64,000 bases of DNA from NCBI RefSeq assembly GCF_006345805.1, contig NC_042998.1:93496001-93560000 (forward strand), read 5' to 3'. Shown here piece after piece: positions 62,631 to 64,000 of the stretch (positions are counted from its first letter, which is position 1; each line of letters begins with the position of its first letter). This stretch comes from Octopus sinensis (lineage: Eukaryota). Made by a program: the position numbers and the translations under genes. The notes below the pieces were generated by a model. The model searched no databases and was not told the DNA's origin. It worked only from the letters and a program-made list of their open reading frames with translations.

Positions 62631-62849
62631 TCTTTTATTCTTTTACTTGTTTCAGTCATTTGACTGCGGTCATGCTGGAGCACCACCTTTAGTCGAGCAA
62701 ATCGACACCAGGACTTATTCTTTGTAAGCCTAGTACTTATTCTATTGGCCTCTTTTGCCGAACTGCTAAGTTACGGGGATATAAACACACCACCATCGGT
62801 TGTCAAACGATGTTAGGGGGACAAACATATAGACACACATATACATACA

Positions 62850-62899
<50 letters not shown>

Positions 62900-63067
62900 T
62901 ATTTGACGGAGTTCTTTCAGTTTCCGTCTACCAAATCCACTCACAAGGCTTAGGTCGGCCGGAGGATATAGTAGAAGACACTTGCCCAAGGTGCCACGCA
63001 GTGGGACTGAACCCGGAACTATGTGGTTGGTAAGCAAGCTACTTACCACACAACCACTCCTGCGCTT
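62631..63067 (-). mobile_element. SINE family A, full length, young
   Basis: Close to the family consensus end to end. Confidence 0.9.
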
Positions 63068-63086
63068 ATAAAGAAAGATAAATATC

Positions 63087-63292
63087 GGTTTCAAATTTTG
63101 GCCCGAGACCAGTAATTTCGGGGAGGGGATAAATCGATTAAACTGACTCAACTGGTACTTATTTTATAGACCCTAAAAGAATGAAAGCAAAAGTCGACCT
63201 CGGAGGGATTAGAACTCAGAACATATGGACAGTCAAAATGCCGCCTAGCGTTTTTCCCGATGAGCTAACAGTTCTGCCAGCTCGCCACCTTA
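63087..63292 (-). mobile_element. Family B SINE with variant tail
   Basis: Head TTCTGCCAGCTCGCCACCTT, body, tail reverse-complement ..CTGGTCTCGGGCCAAAATTTGAAACC. Confidence 0.8.
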
Positions 63293-63372
63293 GGAAAGAT
63301 AAATGTTAAGAACAGTAAATATAAATAACAATAACAAAGAAATTTAAGTGTTACCTTAGAAATATTCAGTTA

Positions 63373-63532
63373 TAGGTGTAGGAGTGGCTGAGTGGTAAGT
63401 AGCTTGCTTACCAACCACATGGTTCCGGGTTCAGAACCATGGCACCTTGGGCAAGTGTCTTCTACTATAGCCTCGGGCCGACCTAAGCCTTGTGAGTGGA
63501 TTTGATAGACGGAAACTGAAAGAAGCCCGTCG

Positions 63533-63565
<33 letters not shown>

Positions 63566-63772
63566 ATGTTTGTGTGTCTGTGTTTATCTCCCCAACATAG
63601 CTTGACAACCGATGGTGGTGAGTTTACGCCCTCGTAACTTAGCGGTTCGTCAAAAGAGACCGATAGAATAAGTACTAGGCTTACAAAGAATAAGTCCTGG
63701 GGTCGATTTGCTCGATTAAATGTGGTGCTCCAGCATGGCCGCAGTCAAATGACTGAAACAAGTAAAAGAGAA
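63373..63772 (+). mobile_element. SINE family A, full length, young
   Basis: TAGGTGTAGGAGTGGCTG head through to AAACAAGTAAAAGAG tail. Confidence 0.9.
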
Positions 63773-64000
63773 TTAATCCTTATATTTCGAGTTAAAATCC
63801 CTTTGTAAATCCTTCAAATAACAAGAAAAATATGCATCTCTTGCGTCAACTTGTAAACAATCTTATACTCGTACCTATGCTCATGCATATAAATTCACGG
63901 ATGTATATTGTTCCATATTAATGAAGGTATAAATTAGCAAACATCTTAGGTGGCGAGCTAGCATAACTGTTAGAATATCGGATAAAATAGTTGCCAGTAT

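Overview
AT-rich, repeat-dense eukaryotic DNA, very probably from an Octopus species (inferred from the tRNA-derived SINE families and extreme microsatellite density; no database check was possible). One host protein-coding feature is recognisable: exon 1 (15702-16191, minus) of a Neverland/DAF-36-type cholesterol 7-desaturase. It ends at a canonical GTAAGT donor, and I could not find the Rieske-domain exon 2 in the 15.7 kb downstream. The rest of the window is mostly transposable elements: about 13 copies of a CORE-like SINE with an internal microsatellite (family A), about 16 copies of a second tRNA-head SINE (family B), three further modular SINEs with clean TSDs, decayed LINEs (two Tx1, HERO, R4/Dong, RTE-derived pieces), Tc1/mariner, pogo, hAT and Helitron remnants, and several foldback MITEs. 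The most interesting signal is a 58-bp module in four compound family-B SINEs that matches the 3' end of the Tx1 LINE in this same window (34/37 nt). It always joins a second SINE body at the same point, and in one TSD-bounded copy it forms the 3' terminus. This suggests an apparently undescribed Tx1-mobilised, possibly SINE-targeting, SINE subfamily. Family names and motif assignments come from recall of the protein and element families, and most element boundaries are approximate.
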